DNA from: Sphingobacteriaceae bacterium
GTDB taxonomy: Bacteria > Bacteroidota > Bacteroidia > Sphingobacteriales > Sphingobacteriaceae
Length of the DNA stretch: 64,000 nt
Direction: 5' to 3'
NCBI GenBank assembly: GCA_036402155.1
Contig: DASWTL010000221.1
Location: 968-64,967, forward strand
Position 1 is the first letter of the stretch. Each line of letters opens with the position of its first letter. The notes beneath the pieces were generated by a model. The model was not told the origin of the DNA. It made no database searches and saw only the letters and a program-made list of their open reading frames with translations. Made by a program: the position numbers and the translations under genes. This document shows positions 50,312 to 60,525 of this stretch, in pieces.

Positions 50312-50659
50312 TTAAATAATTTTGGGGATAAAAATGAACAGGCTGACAATAACGGCGAAAAGCGCAGTAATTAAAACAGCAGCAGCAGAAATATCTTTAA
50401 TAATCCCGGCCTTTGGATCATATCCGGGAGACACCAGGTCAACCAGAATTTCAATCGCTGTGTTTAAAAGCTCAACTATCAGCACAAATAGAATAGCCGA
50501 GCAAATCCATAACCATTCTGTTTGACTAAGATTAAAGTATAAACCCAGGGCAATTGCTATAATTGCTGCAAATACATGGAATTTGAAGTTAATCTGCGTT
50601 GCGAAAGCATAGGTTAATCCATTCCATGCATAAGTAAATCCTTTTAAAAATTTCTTCAT
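50312..50659 (-). CDS. dgkA: Diacylglycerol kinase (DgkA) family protein
   Basis: 115 aa, 3 TM, with the VELLNTAIEILVD catalytic-region motif. Confidence 0.85.
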   Translation of the reverse strand: MKKFLKGFTYAWNGLTYAFATQINFKFHVFAAIIAIALGLYFNLSQTEWLWICSAILFVLIVELLNTAIEILVDLVSPGYDPKAGIIKDISAAAVLITALFAVIVSLFIFIPKII

Positions 50660-50892
50660 TTAATTATTTATCCAATACAAACAAGTCTGATTATTATGCT
50701 ATTTTTATATATTCAGTACAACGAAAAGTAAGGTCTGTTCAGGGCATTAAATTTGTTGGCTTGAAGAGACCTGCCATGAAAAAATTTTTACCGGTTAGTT
50801 TGGAACGATTTGTAAAAGTCTCCTCAAATATCACTCAAATTAAGAAAATTTGTAGCTTTGCCGCGCGAACATTTTTTACACCTCGTTAGGCT

Positions 50893-53238
50893 ATGTGGGA
50901 GAAACTTTCAAAATTCATTTTATCTAATCGTTTCCCCATCCTGATAATTTTCTTTTTAGTAACCGTTTTTATGGCTTTTAAAGCCAGTCAGGTTCGCCTG
51001 TCATTTAGCGGAAGTAAAGTATTGCCGGTTACCGACTCTGCATTTATTAAATATAACGCTTTTAAGGAAAAATTTGGGGAAGATGGCAGTATTATGGTTT
51101 TAGGTGTTCAATCGCCGGATCTGCTGCATAAAAAAGAAGTGTATAATTCATGGGGCGTACTTACTGATGAGATTCAAAAATTAAAGGGAGTACAGCAGGT
51201 TCTGTCTGTAAGTAAGCTTTTTCAGTTAAAAAAAGATACCGTTAATAAAAAATTTATAATTGAGCCACTGGTTAAAGGCCAGGTGCAATCTGTCAGTGAG
51301 ATGGATAGTGTGAGGCAAAAAATATATAATGTTCGCTTTTTTGATGGTCTTATATTTAATAAAAAAACCCACGCATCCCTTCTGGCCATCACATTTGATA
51401 AAAAAGTATTAAACTCCAAGGAGCGCATCCCCATTATTAATTCGATTGTCGAAAAGGCTGAAGAGTTTAGTAAGAAAAGTAATTTAACTGTTCATTATTC
51501 AGGCCTGCCATTTATCCGTACGGCAGTAAGTGAGCTGGTTTCCAGGGAGTTTGTTCTTTTTCTGGGTCTCTCTATACTGGTAGCTGCTATTATTTTACTC
51601 ATTTTCTTCAGGTCCTTTTACCAGGTTATTTTTCCGGTACTTCTTGTTATCATAGGAGTGATCTGGAGTCTTGGTTTCCTGGTTCTATTTAATTATGAGA
51701 TCACCATGCTTACAGGTTTAATCCCTCCGCTCATGGTGATCATAGGCATTCCGAACAGCATACTTTTATTGAATAAATATCAGAACGAGCTTCGTAAAGG
51801 TGCTTCTAAAGCGGATGCCCTAAGTATTACGGTTCAACGTATGGCCGAAACTACCATGATTGCAAACATAACAGCAGCCATAGGATTCGGAGTTTTATAT
51901 TTTACAGGCAGTGAGTTATTAATGCAGTTCGGCAGCATAGCTGCAATTAGTGTAATGGCTACCTGGCTCATTTGTTTATTCCTCATTCCGGTTATATTCA
52001 GCCTGCTTCCAACACCCCACGAAAGGAAGAATGTAGAAAGCCGCTTTTTAACTAAGGGTCTTGCCTGGACCGACAACCTGGTACATACCCGAAGGAGCCT
52101 TATTTATATTGCAACAGCTTTGGTATGCGTTGTGGCTGGAATTGGGATTTTAAGAGTTAATATAAACGGTTATGTAGTTGACGATCTTCCGCAAAATTCA
52201 CCAGTTTATAGTGATTTAAAATTTTTTGAGCGGAATTTTGAAGGTGTTTTACCACTTGAGGTAAGCATAGACACCCGGCGGCCAAACGGAATAATGAGCT
52301 TATCTACCATCAAGAAGATGGATAAACTTGAAAGGCTTATTGAATCTTATCCTGAATTCTCCGGACCTGTATCATTAAACAACGCATTAAAATTTGCTTC
52401 CCAGGCATTTTATAATTCAGATCCTCAGTTTTATCGCCTCCCAAACGAGATGGAAAAGAATTTCATTTTGAGTTATGTTGGTAATTCAGGTGGAAATGAA
52501 GGGATGATTAAGAATTTTCTTGACAAGAATCGTCAGGAAGCAAGAATAAGCTTTCAAATGGCAGATGTCGGTTCAAAAAGAATGGATGTATTGCTTGAAG
52601 AGTTAAAACCCCGTATCGATTCTATATTTAATCCCGATCGTTTTAATGTAGAGCTGACTGGTTCAAGCATCATTTTTATAAAAGGAACAGACTATCTTCT
52701 AAGACATCTGGTAGAAAGCACCATCCTGGCAATTGTACTAATTTCACTACTGCGTTTAGGACAATTCAAAGATATCCGGATCATGTTTATCTCCCTGCTT
52801 CCCAATATTGTTCCGTTACTTATAACTGCGGGGATTATGGGTTTTTTCGGAATTGCACTAAAACCTTCTACCATTCTGATCTTCAGTATTGCATTCGGAC
52901 TGGCGTCAGATCAAACCATTTATTTTTTAACCAGATATCAGCAGGAACTTAAATTAACGAATTACAGTGTGGGCAGGGTAATTTCAGATACGATAAAAGA
53001 AACAGGAGTAAGTATGACTTATATCGCTCTGATTTTATTCTTTGGATTTGGGATATTTACCGCTTCTACATTTGGCGGAACCGTGGCCCTGGGGATTCTT
53101 TTATCAATAACTTTATTGGTTGCGCTTATATTTAATCTTACCCTGCTCCCCGCTTTGATGCTTTCCTATGATAAAAGGAAAAACAGAAAAAGAATTCCGG
53201 CAGAACAGGTTAAGAAAAATCTGGAGCAGCTGGATTAA
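50893..53238 (+). CDS. RND-superfamily transporter of the MMPL/HpnN-like (sterol-sensing-domain type) class
   Basis: 781 aa. Internally duplicated topology: 1 TM, a large loop and 5 TM, twice. Confidence 0.7.
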   Translation: MWEKLSKFILSNRFPILIIFFLVTVFMAFKASQVRLSFSGSKVLPVTDSAFIKYNAFKEKFGEDGSIMVLGVQSPDLLHKKEVYNSWGVLTDEIQKLKGVQQVLSVSKLFQLKKDTVNKKFIIEPLVKGQVQSVSEMDSVRQKIYNVRFFDGLIFNKKTHASLLAITFDKKVLNSKERIPIINSIVEKAEEFSKKSNLTVHYSGLPFIRTAVSELVSREFVLFLGLSILVAAIILLIFFRSFYQVIFPVLLVIIGVIWSLGFLVLFNYEITMLTGLIPPLMVIIGIPNSILLLNKYQNELRKGASKADALSITVQRMAETTMIANITAAIGFGVLYFTGSELLMQFGSIAAISVMATWLICLFLIPVIFSLLPTPHERKNVESRFLTKGLAWTDNLVHTRRSLIYIATALVCVVAGIGILRVNINGYVVDDLPQNSPVYSDLKFFERNFEGVLPLEVSIDTRRPNGIMSLSTIKKMDKLERLIESYPEFSGPVSLNNALKFASQAFYNSDPQFYRLPNEMEKNFILSYVGNSGGNEGMIKNFLDKNRQEARISFQMADVGSKRMDVLLEELKPRIDSIFNPDRFNVELTGSSIIFIKGTDYLLRHLVESTILAIVLISLLRLGQFKDIRIMFISLLPNIVPLLITAGIMGFFGIALKPSTILIFSIAFGLASDQTIYFLTRYQQELKLTNYSVGRVISDTIKETGVSMTYIALILFFGFGIFTASTFGGTVALGILLSITLLVALIFNLTLLPALMLSYDKRKNRKRIPAEQVKKNLEQLD

Positions 53239-53537
53239 ACTCTGGCCATCCCTGCAGGTTTATGTATGCGATGACCTTTACTTTGTTTTTCTTTATCCTG
53301 TTCAGCTATTTCCTGCTCTGCAGCACGCTCTTCTAATATAGATTGAGCTTCAACTTTTCTGATCAGGCTATACAGAACAGTTAAAAAACCGATTCCAAAT
53401 ATGATAACTCCGGCAATCATTGCCCAGCCGTACAGATACTCGGTGTCGTTTTTCAGGTAATAGCCCAGAGCACCAAGACCTATCCCGAACACAATCATCA
53501 GGAAACCACGGCTCATAAATTTATTTCGCATTTTCAT
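53235..53537 (-). CDS. Small two-TM membrane protein with charged C-terminal tail, unknown function
   Basis: 100 aa with two clear hydrophobic helices. Its stop overlaps the stop of the convergent RND gene by 4 nt. Confidence 0.5.
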   Translation of the reverse strand: MKMRNKFMSRGFLMIVFGIGLGALGYYLKNDTEYLYGWAMIAGVIIFGIGFLTVLYSLIRKVEAQSILEERAAEQEIAEQDKEKQSKGHRIHKPAGMARV

Positions 53538-53662
53538 ATGTAGTATCTAACTAAAAGTATGCCAATGTTAAATTTCATTATAATGTGTTACCCAAATAGT
53601 TGTGTCTCATTTTTGGCAGCCTGATGCATTCGGTTTTACTTAGAAGTTATTCTGCAAATTCT

Positions 53663-53670
53663 TACCTTTG
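53663..53670 (+). promoter_or_regulatory. Candidate -7 promoter box TACCTTTG upstream of ileS
   Basis: Exact TAnnTTTG match 31 nt upstream of ATG 53701. Confidence 0.35.
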
Positions 53671-53700
53671 CAAACTTTAAACCTGGGGAGTGACGCATTG

Positions 53701-56700
53701 ATGTATAAAGAATACAAACAATTAGATCTGCCGGCTATAGGCAAAGAAATATTAGAGTTCTGGAAATCGAATCAGATATTCGAAAAAAGTATTTCCAATC
53801 GCCCGGATTCGAAACCATATACATTTTATGAGGGACCACCTTCTGCTAATGGTATGCCCGGCATCCACCATGTGATGGCACGTGCAATAAAAGATATATT
53901 TTGCCGCTATAAAACTCTTAAAGGATATCAGGTAAAGCGCAAGGGCGGATGGGATACTCATGGTTTGCCTATTGAACTGGCTGTTGAAAAAACCCTGGGT
54001 ATCACCAAGGAAGATATAGGGAAAAAGATATCGGTTGAAGATTATAATTCCGCTTGTCGACGGGAAGTGATGAAATACACGGATGTATGGAATGACCTTA
54101 CCGAAAAAATGGGCTATTGGGTTGATCTTGAAGAACCTTATATTACCTACGAAAATAAATACATTGAAACCCTTTGGTGGATATTGAAGGAATTCTATAA
54201 TAAAGGGTTGCTTTACAAAGGATATACTGTACAGCCTTACTCTCCTGCAGCTGGTACTGGTCTGAGTTCTCATGAGCTTAACCAACCAGGTACTTACCGC
54301 ATGGTAAAGGATACCTCAATAGTAGCTGAGTTTAAGGTTAACCGCGATCAGGTACATCCTGCCATCCATTTACTGTTTGATGACGAAATTGAAGACGTCT
54401 CCATACTGGCCTGGACAACCACTCCATGGACCTTACCTTCAAATTGTGCCCTTGCTGTTGGGGAAAAGATCCAGTATGTAAAAATTAAAACTTTTAATCA
54501 ATATACTTTTGCTCCTGTCAGCGTGATATTGGCAAAAGATCTGGTATCCAAATATTTTAAAGCTGAAGCTGAAAATGCATCATTTCAGGATTATAACGGC
54601 GGGGATAAGCTGATTCCGTGGGAGCGTTCAGCAGAGTTTAGAGGCGCTGATCTGGTAGGTTTGAGATACCACCAGCTGATGCCTTATGTAACAAATGAAG
54701 ATCTTGAAAAGAATGCTTTTCGTGTAATTCCTGGCGATTTTGTAACTATTGAAGATGGAACCGGGGTTGTACACACGGCTTCTGTGTTTGGAGCGGATGA
54801 CTTCAGGGTAGCGCGTGAAAATGGTGTACCTTCTGTGATGATCAGGGATGAACGCGGAAACGAACTGCCGCTGGTAAATAAACAGGGTAAATTTGTTGAT
54901 GAAGTTTCTGATTTTGCCGGCCGCTATGTTAAAGAAGAATATTATAGTGACGAGGAGCGAAAAGATCCTGATTTTAAACCTACTGATGTTTTAATTGCCA
55001 TAAAACTGAAGGAAGATAATAAAGCGTTCGACGTTAAAAAATACGAGCACAGTTATCCGCATTGCTGGAGAACAGACCGTCCGGTTCTGTATTATCCTCT
55101 GGATAGCTGGTTTATTAAAACTACAGCCGTAAAAGACCGTTTGGTTGAGCTCAATAAAACCATTAACTGGAAACCGGAGTCAACCGGCACAGGACGGTTT
55201 GGAAACTGGCTGGAAAATTTAGTAGACTGGAATTTATCACGATCAAGGTATTGGGGTACTCCTTTGCCAATCTGGAGAACAGAGGACGGAGATGAGGAGA
55301 TTTGTATCGGATCAATCCAGGAACTAAAAGACAAATTGTTGGAAGCCGCAGAAAGCGGATATCTGACAGATGAAGAATTTGATAAAACCCAGGCATTGCT
55401 TCAGGAATTATCAACAGGTGTGTTTGACCTTCACAGGCCATATGTTGACGATGTGATCCTGATCTCATCAAATGGTAAGAAAATGTTGCGTGAGCCTGAT
55501 CTGATTGATGTATGGTTTGACTCAGGCGCTATGCCTTATGCTCAATGGCATTATCCATTTGAAAATCAGTTGGAATTTAAAAACGCTTTTCCTGCAGATT
55601 TTATAGCTGAAGGTGTAGATCAAACACGTGGCTGGTTCTTTACGCTTCACGCCATATCGGTAATGCTTAATGATAACATTGCCTTTAAAAATGTGGTATC
55701 AAACGGGCTTGTACTTGATAAGAACGGAAATAAAATGTCTAAACGACTGGGTAATGCCGTAGATCCGTTCGAGACTATTGAAAAGTTCAGCGCAGATGCC
55801 ACGCGCTGGTATATGATAAGTAATGCATCCCCGTGGGAAAATCTAAAATTTAATATTGACGGAATTGACGAAGTTAGGCGTAAGTTTTTTGGTACACTTT
55901 ATAACACTTACGCGTTTTTTACTCTTTATGCCAATATTGATGGGTTTAGTTACAAAGAAGCTGATCTCGACAAAGAAGCCCGCCCTGAAATAGATAGCTG
56001 GATCATATCACTGCTGAATACATTATCAAAAGAGGTGGATGATTATTATGCTGATTTTGAACCAACAAAAGCTACACGTGCCATACAAAATTTTGTTGAT
56101 GAGCACCTAAGTAACTGGTATGTTCGCTTGTGCCGGCGCCGTTTCTGGAAAGGGGAGTATTCAGAAGATAAAATATCGGCGTATCAAACACTTTATACTT
56201 GCTTAACTACGGTTGCAAAATTAATGTCACCTGTGGCTCCGTTTTTCAGTGAACGTTTGTTTAATGACCTGAATGTTGTAACGGGTAAAGAAAGTGTTGA
56301 ATCAGTTCACCTATCCAATTTTCCGTTTTATCAGGAAGTACTTGTGGATAAAGAACTGGAAGAACGTATGGCCCTGGCACAGGATATCTCGTCAATGGTG
56401 CTGTCGCTGCGTAAAAAAGTTGGTATAAATGTTCGTCAGCCATTAAGCAAAATATTATTGCCTGTTCTTGACGATCGTTTCAGAGAGAAGGTTGAAAAAG
56501 TAAGAGATCTCATACTTTCAGAAACAAATATTAAGGATATTGAATATATAAATGATACTTCCGGTATCATTACTAAGAAAGTTAAACCTAACTTTAAGGC
56601 GCTTGGCCCAAAAGCCGGCAAAAACATGAAATTGGTTGCTGATGCAATTACAGCATTGAGCCAGGAAGAGATTATGAGCCTTGAGCAGCATGGTCAGGTT

Positions 56701-57105
56701 ACATTGACCATTCAAAGTGGCGGTCTCAATACTCAATACTCAATACTCAGTACAGAAGTTGAAATTATAGCAGAAGATGTTCCAGGATGGCAGGTTGCTA
56801 ATTTAGGAAAACTAACCGTAGCTTTAGATGTTACGATAACTGCCGGGTTAAAAGAAGAGGGTATTTCAAGGGAGCTGGTAAACCGGATCCAAAACCTGAG
56901 AAAAGAACTGGGTTTTGAGGTTACTGATAAGATTAATGTTCGGCTGACAAACGATCCTTACATCGCTGAAGCAGTAAAAAATAATTTGACGTATATTTGC
57001 GCCGAAATACTTGCCGAGTCATTAGATCTTGATAACGAGCTTAATAAAGGCGAGAAAACAGAAATTGATGATATTGAATTAATGATATTGATTACAAAAG
57101 TGTGA
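53701..57105 (+). CDS. ileS: Isoleucine--tRNA ligase (long, ~1134 aa form)
   Basis: Start taken at ATG 53701 (the ORF-track start at 53668 is a TTG). HIGH-type motif PSANGMPGIHH, KMSKR motif, and CP1 editing-domain WTTTPWTLP. Confidence 0.95.
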   Translation: MYKEYKQLDLPAIGKEILEFWKSNQIFEKSISNRPDSKPYTFYEGPPSANGMPGIHHVMARAIKDIFCRYKTLKGYQVKRKGGWDTHGLPIELAVEKTLGITKEDIGKKISVEDYNSACRREVMKYTDVWNDLTEKMGYWVDLEEPYITYENKYIETLWWILKEFYNKGLLYKGYTVQPYSPAAGTGLSSHELNQPGTYRMVKDTSIVAEFKVNRDQVHPAIHLLFDDEIEDVSILAWTTTPWTLPSNCALAVGEKIQYVKIKTFNQYTFAPVSVILAKDLVSKYFKAEAENASFQDYNGGDKLIPWERSAEFRGADLVGLRYHQLMPYVTNEDLEKNAFRVIPGDFVTIEDGTGVVHTASVFGADDFRVARENGVPSVMIRDERGNELPLVNKQGKFVDEVSDFAGRYVKEEYYSDEERKDPDFKPTDVLIAIKLKEDNKAFDVKKYEHSYPHCWRTDRPVLYYPLDSWFIKTTAVKDRLVELNKTINWKPESTGTGRFGNWLENLVDWNLSRSRYWGTPLPIWRTEDGDEEICIGSIQELKDKLLEAAESGYLTDEEFDKTQALLQELSTGVFDLHRPYVDDVILISSNGKKMLREPDLIDVWFDSGAMPYAQWHYPFENQLEFKNAFPADFIAEGVDQTRGWFFTLHAISVMLNDNIAFKNVVSNGLVLDKNGNKMSKRLGNAVDPFETIEKFSADATRWYMISNASPWENLKFNIDGIDEVRRKFFGTLYNTYAFFTLYANIDGFSYKEADLDKEARPEIDSWIISLLNTLSKEVDDYYADFEPTKATRAIQNFVDEHLSNWYVRLCRRRFWKGEYSEDKISAYQTLYTCLTTVAKLMSPVAPFFSERLFNDLNVVTGKESVESVHLSNFPFYQEVLVDKELEERMALAQDISSMVLSLRKKVGINVRQPLSKILLPVLDDRFREKVEKVRDLILSETNIKDIEYINDTSGIITKKVKPNFKALGPKAGKNMKLVADAITALSQEEIMSLEQHGQVTLTIQSGGLNTQYSILSTEVEIIAEDVPGWQVANLGKLTVALDVTITAGLKEEGISRELVNRIQNLRKELGFEVTDKINVRLTNDPYIAEAVKNNLTYICAEILAESLDLDNELNKGEKTEIDDIELMILITKV

Positions 57106-57107
57106 AT

Positions 57108-57491
57108 ATGGAGAACAACGAGAAAACAAGGTATTCTGATGCCGAATTACAAGAGTTTAAAGAGCTCATTTTAGATAAAATGCGTACAGCAAAGGAAGAA
57201 CTTGCTGCTTTAACTCAATCTTTAAGCAGTCCAAACTCTAATGGTACTGACGATACTGCCGGAACGTACAAAACACTTGAAGATGGATCTGCCACACTTG
57301 AAAAAGAACAGATAAATCAGTTAGCTGCCCGCCAGAAAAAGTTCATTGAAAACCTGGAAGCAGCCTTGGTTCGTATAGAAACCAAAACATATGGAATATG
57401 CCGTGAAACGGGTAAACTTATTCAAAAAGAGCGATTACGTGCAGTTCCTCATACTACTTTAAGTATGGAAGCTAAAATGAAGCAGAATTAA
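57108..57491 (+). CDS. DksA/TraR-family regulator homologue lacking the four-Cys zinc finger
   Basis: Coiled-coil N-terminus and C-terminal YGICRETGKLIQKERLRAVPHT. An alternative GTG start at 57102 overlaps the ileS stop. Confidence 0.7.
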   Translation: MENNEKTRYSDAELQEFKELILDKMRTAKEELAALTQSLSSPNSNGTDDTAGTYKTLEDGSATLEKEQINQLAARQKKFIENLEAALVRIETKTYGICRETGKLIQKERLRAVPHTTLSMEAKMKQN

Positions 57492-58141
57492 TGAAAGGAT
57501 ATTCCAAACCCTTCTTTACTATACTATTAATTCTTCTTGCTGATCAGATTCTAAAGTTCTGGATAAAATTGAATATGACCCTGGGTCAGGAATATAAAAT
57601 CCTGGGGGATTATTTTTTAATCCATTTTACTGAGAACAATGGGATGGCCTTCGGACTTGAATTCGGTGGCGAAGCAGGCAAGCTTGCTCTTTCATTATTT
57701 CGGATCATTGCCGTTTGTGCTATTGGTTATGTAGTGGTATATCTTATAAAAAAGAAATATCATCGGGGATTGATATTCAATGTTTCATTGATCTTTGCCG
57801 GAGCGTTGGGTAATATCATAGATTCAACATTTTATGGTATGATATTCAGTGATAGTACCTATTACGAAAAAGCAGTGCTATTCCCCCCTGGAGGCGGATA
57901 TGCGTCTGTTTTTCATGGAAAAGTAGTAGATATGTTCTATTTTCCTATCCTCCAGGGAACTTTCCCTCAATGGTCTCCAATTTGGGGTGGTGAAGAATTT
58001 GTTTTTTTCAGGCCGGTATTTAATATTGCAGATTCAGCAATATCGATCGGTGTTGTGCTGATACTTATTTTCCAGAAAAGATATTTCAAAGACGAAAAGG
58101 AATATGTCAGAAGCCCTCATAGCGAGGTGGTTGAAGAATAA
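57491..58141 (+). CDS. lspA: Lipoprotein signal peptidase (signal peptidase II)
   Basis: Motifs NNGMAFG, GALGNIIDS, VVDMFYF and FNIADSAI. The ileS-lspA linkage is classic. Confidence 0.92.
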   Translation: MKGYSKPFFTILLILLADQILKFWIKLNMTLGQEYKILGDYFLIHFTENNGMAFGLEFGGEAGKLALSLFRIIAVCAIGYVVVYLIKKKYHRGLIFNVSLIFAGALGNIIDSTFYGMIFSDSTYYEKAVLFPPGGGYASVFHGKVVDMFYFPILQGTFPQWSPIWGGEEFVFFRPVFNIADSAISIGVVLILIFQKRYFKDEKEYVRSPHSEVVEE

Positions 58142-58163
58142 GATGTTTAAGACATGAATAAAA

Positions 58164-58192
58164 AAGCGATTCCCAAAAAGGATCGCTTTTTT
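58164..58192 (+). terminator. Rho-independent terminator after lspA
   Basis: AAGCGAT(T)CC / CAAAAA loop / GGATCGCTT stem with one bulge, followed by a T-run. Confidence 0.75.
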
Positions 58193-58330
58193 ATTGGGTG
58201 CATTTCGCTTAAAAACAAACCCGCCATAATCAGGTTGTGATGTAGCATAGGTCCGATTTTTTTCGTATTGATTAATATGGAATTTTTCATCAATGATCAT
58301 CCATAGAATATATTCACTAATTAAAATATT

Positions 58331-59035
58331 ATGAAACGAATTTTTTTAGCAGTTTTAACAATAGTTCTGGCGTTTCCTGTGATGGCACAGACACTTGATA
58401 CCCGGAAAAAAATTGAAGTGATCGGGTCGGCAGAAGCTGAAGTAACTCCTGATATTATATTTGTTGGGATTTCTTTACGGGAGTATCTCCGAGATAATAA
58501 TTCAAAAAAGAAAGTCGAAATTGAAGAATTGGAACGGCAACTTCAAACTGCCGTGTTGAACGCGGGCATTCCAAAGGAGAATTTCACCATTAACAATATT
58601 TCCAGCTATAACTGGACCTGGGAGAAAAAAAAGAATCCCGATTTTTTAGCCAGTAAACAGTATAGGATAAAGATTTCTGACCTGAATAAGTACAATCAGA
58701 TCATCTCCGCCGTAGATCCTAAAGGTATACAGTACAGTAATGTAGAAGGATATGATTATTCTAAACTTGAATCACTAAAAAGGGAACTTAAAATTAAGGC
58801 GCTTCAGGCAGCAAAAGAAAAGGCAACCTATTTGGCAGAAGCCATAAGTGAACGCGTGGGTGGAGCTCTTGAGATTCAGGAAATCAATAATGAGTACTAT
58901 CCGCAGCCTATGTACCAGCGTAATGTGATGATGAAAGGGGATATGACCATGGCCGAAGCAGCTCCAATGCCCGATATCGACTTTAAGAAAATTAAATTGA
59001 ACTACCAGATGCGGGTTATTTTTGAGCTAAAATAA
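58331..59035 (+). CDS. SIMPL (DUF541) domain protein, secreted
   Basis: Signal peptide, then IEVIGSAEAEVTPDIIFV, typical of the SIMPL/DUF541 family. Confidence 0.75.
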   Translation: MKRIFLAVLTIVLAFPVMAQTLDTRKKIEVIGSAEAEVTPDIIFVGISLREYLRDNNSKKKVEIEELERQLQTAVLNAGIPKENFTINNISSYNWTWEKKKNPDFLASKQYRIKISDLNKYNQIISAVDPKGIQYSNVEGYDYSKLESLKRELKIKALQAAKEKATYLAEAISERVGGALEIQEINNEYYPQPMYQRNVMMKGDMTMAEAAPMPDIDFKKIKLNYQMRVIFELK

Positions 59036-59062
59036 TTTACCATCTGATTTAGATCGAATAAT

Positions 59063-59096
59063 AAGGAGGCACTTCAAACGTCTCCTTTTTTATTTT
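59063..59096 (+). terminator. Terminator-like hairpin after the SIMPL gene
   Basis: AAGGAGGC / 9-nt loop / GTCTCCTT (8 bp including one G-U pair), followed by TTTTATTTT. Confidence 0.6.
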
Positions 59097-59116
59097 GTAT
59101 ATGTAGTATAACATAT

Positions 59117-59590
59117 TTGATTATGCACAGAAATGACGAGTTGCAGGGCCGCCTTAAGTGGGTGGAAGAAATTTCCCGTTTAATGGATAATAAGTTCCGG
59201 CTTCCCGGCACCAACTTCAGGTTTGGACTTGACCCGATATTGAACTTTGTACCCGGCTTGGGAGCAGTGTCTGGTTTTGCAATATCTGGTGGCCTATTAT
59301 TAACTATGGCTAAATATGGTGCAAGCGGAAGGGTACTGGTACTTATGATCATTAATATTGTGCTGGATGCTCTGATCGGGTCAATACCTGTGCTGGGTTG
59401 GATATTCGATTTCGCATATAAAGCCAACACACGTAATATAAAGCTATTAAAAGAGCATTATAGCGAAGGTAAACATCAAGGTAGCGGAAAGGGTCTCATA
59501 TTTTATATCATCATGATACTGATAGTTCTTTCAGTACTCATAATTTATCTGGTCTGGCAATTAATAGAATGGGTTGCGAGGATGTTTTAA
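59117..59590 (+). CDS. DUF4112 family membrane protein
   Basis: LMDNKFRLPGTNFRFGLDPILNFVPGLG motif plus TM helices. Family assignment by recollection. Confidence 0.65.
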   Translation: MIMHRNDELQGRLKWVEEISRLMDNKFRLPGTNFRFGLDPILNFVPGLGAVSGFAISGGLLLTMAKYGASGRVLVLMIINIVLDALIGSIPVLGWIFDFAYKANTRNIKLLKEHYSEGKHQGSGKGLIFYIIMILIVLSVLIIYLVWQLIEWVARMF

Positions 59591-59686
59591 GGGGCCATGT
59601 CTTTAAACCGGTAGATAAATGTTAAGTTGTTTTGTAACTTTAAGTATTATGATCTGTTACTTCGTTAACACTCTAATCTGGTCCCG

Positions 59687-60304
59687 ATGAAAAATAATTC
59701 AGTATTTCCATCTTATGTAAAAAAGATTTTATGTCTTTTAACACTGGTACAGCTGGCCCCGGGTGTTAGTTCTCAAACAGTTCCATCAGCATTACAAATA
59801 AAAACTGCCGTATTGGCTGCACCTGCAGATAAGCGTGAAGGCTCAACGGTATATGGATATAATTCAACAGGGGAGTTAGTTTTGCTCCGTAAAGGAAGTA
59901 ATGAACTGATATGCCTGGCTGATGACCCTAAACAAAAGGGTTTTAGTGTGGCATGTTATCATAAAGACCTGGAACCTTTTATGAAACGTGGTCGTGAATT
60001 GAAAATGCTTGGAAAATCGTCGAATGAAATTTCGGATACACGTGAAGCAGAAGTAAAAAAGGGGAAATTAGTAATGCCAAAACAGCCATCATCATTGTAT
60101 GTATATTCTGCTTCTGAAGACGATTTTAATAAGATTACCGGAGAAGTAAAGAATGGCTACCTTCGCTATGTTATTTACATTCCTTATGCTACATCAGAAA
60201 CCACAGGTCTACCTTTAAAGCCAGATTTTCCTGGAATGCCGTGGATTATGGACCCCGGAACATATAAAGCCCATATTATGATTTCCCCGGCGCGAACTCC
60301 CTGA
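59687..60304 (+). CDS. Secreted protein of unknown function
   Basis: 205-aa ORF with an N-terminal signal-like sequence. No motif recognised. Confidence 0.5.
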   Translation: MKNNSVFPSYVKKILCLLTLVQLAPGVSSQTVPSALQIKTAVLAAPADKREGSTVYGYNSTGELVLLRKGSNELICLADDPKQKGFSVACYHKDLEPFMKRGRELKMLGKSSNEISDTREAEVKKGKLVMPKQPSSLYVYSASEDDFNKITGEVKNGYLRYVIYIPYATSETTGLPLKPDFPGMPWIMDPGTYKAHIMISPARTP

Positions 60305-60525
60305 AGAGTGATGCTTCTTTAATATGTAATTAACTGATAATTAGCATTCTATATTAAAATAGAAATATGGTTCAGTTATGCTCATATTGTTTTTTTATGT
60401 GGATTTCATGACAACTTCATGACTCTTTTGCTGTATACCTGCAAAATAAAACCAACTTTGAGCCCGTTAAAGGTGTGTATATTTTAATAAGGTATTCATT
60501 AAATTTTAACTAAAGAAAAGGGATT

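Noticed and set aside
53752-54285. 177-aa minus-strand ORF, plus other antisense ORFs inside ileS (55092-55471, 56261-56736)
   Set aside because: All are fully embedded antisense in a gene with unambiguous class I aaRS motifs, and none has a motif of its own.
59074-59430. 118-aa minus-strand ORF
   Set aside because: It overlaps the DUF4112 gene on the opposite strand and begins inside a terminator-like hairpin. The plus-strand gene has a recognisable family motif.
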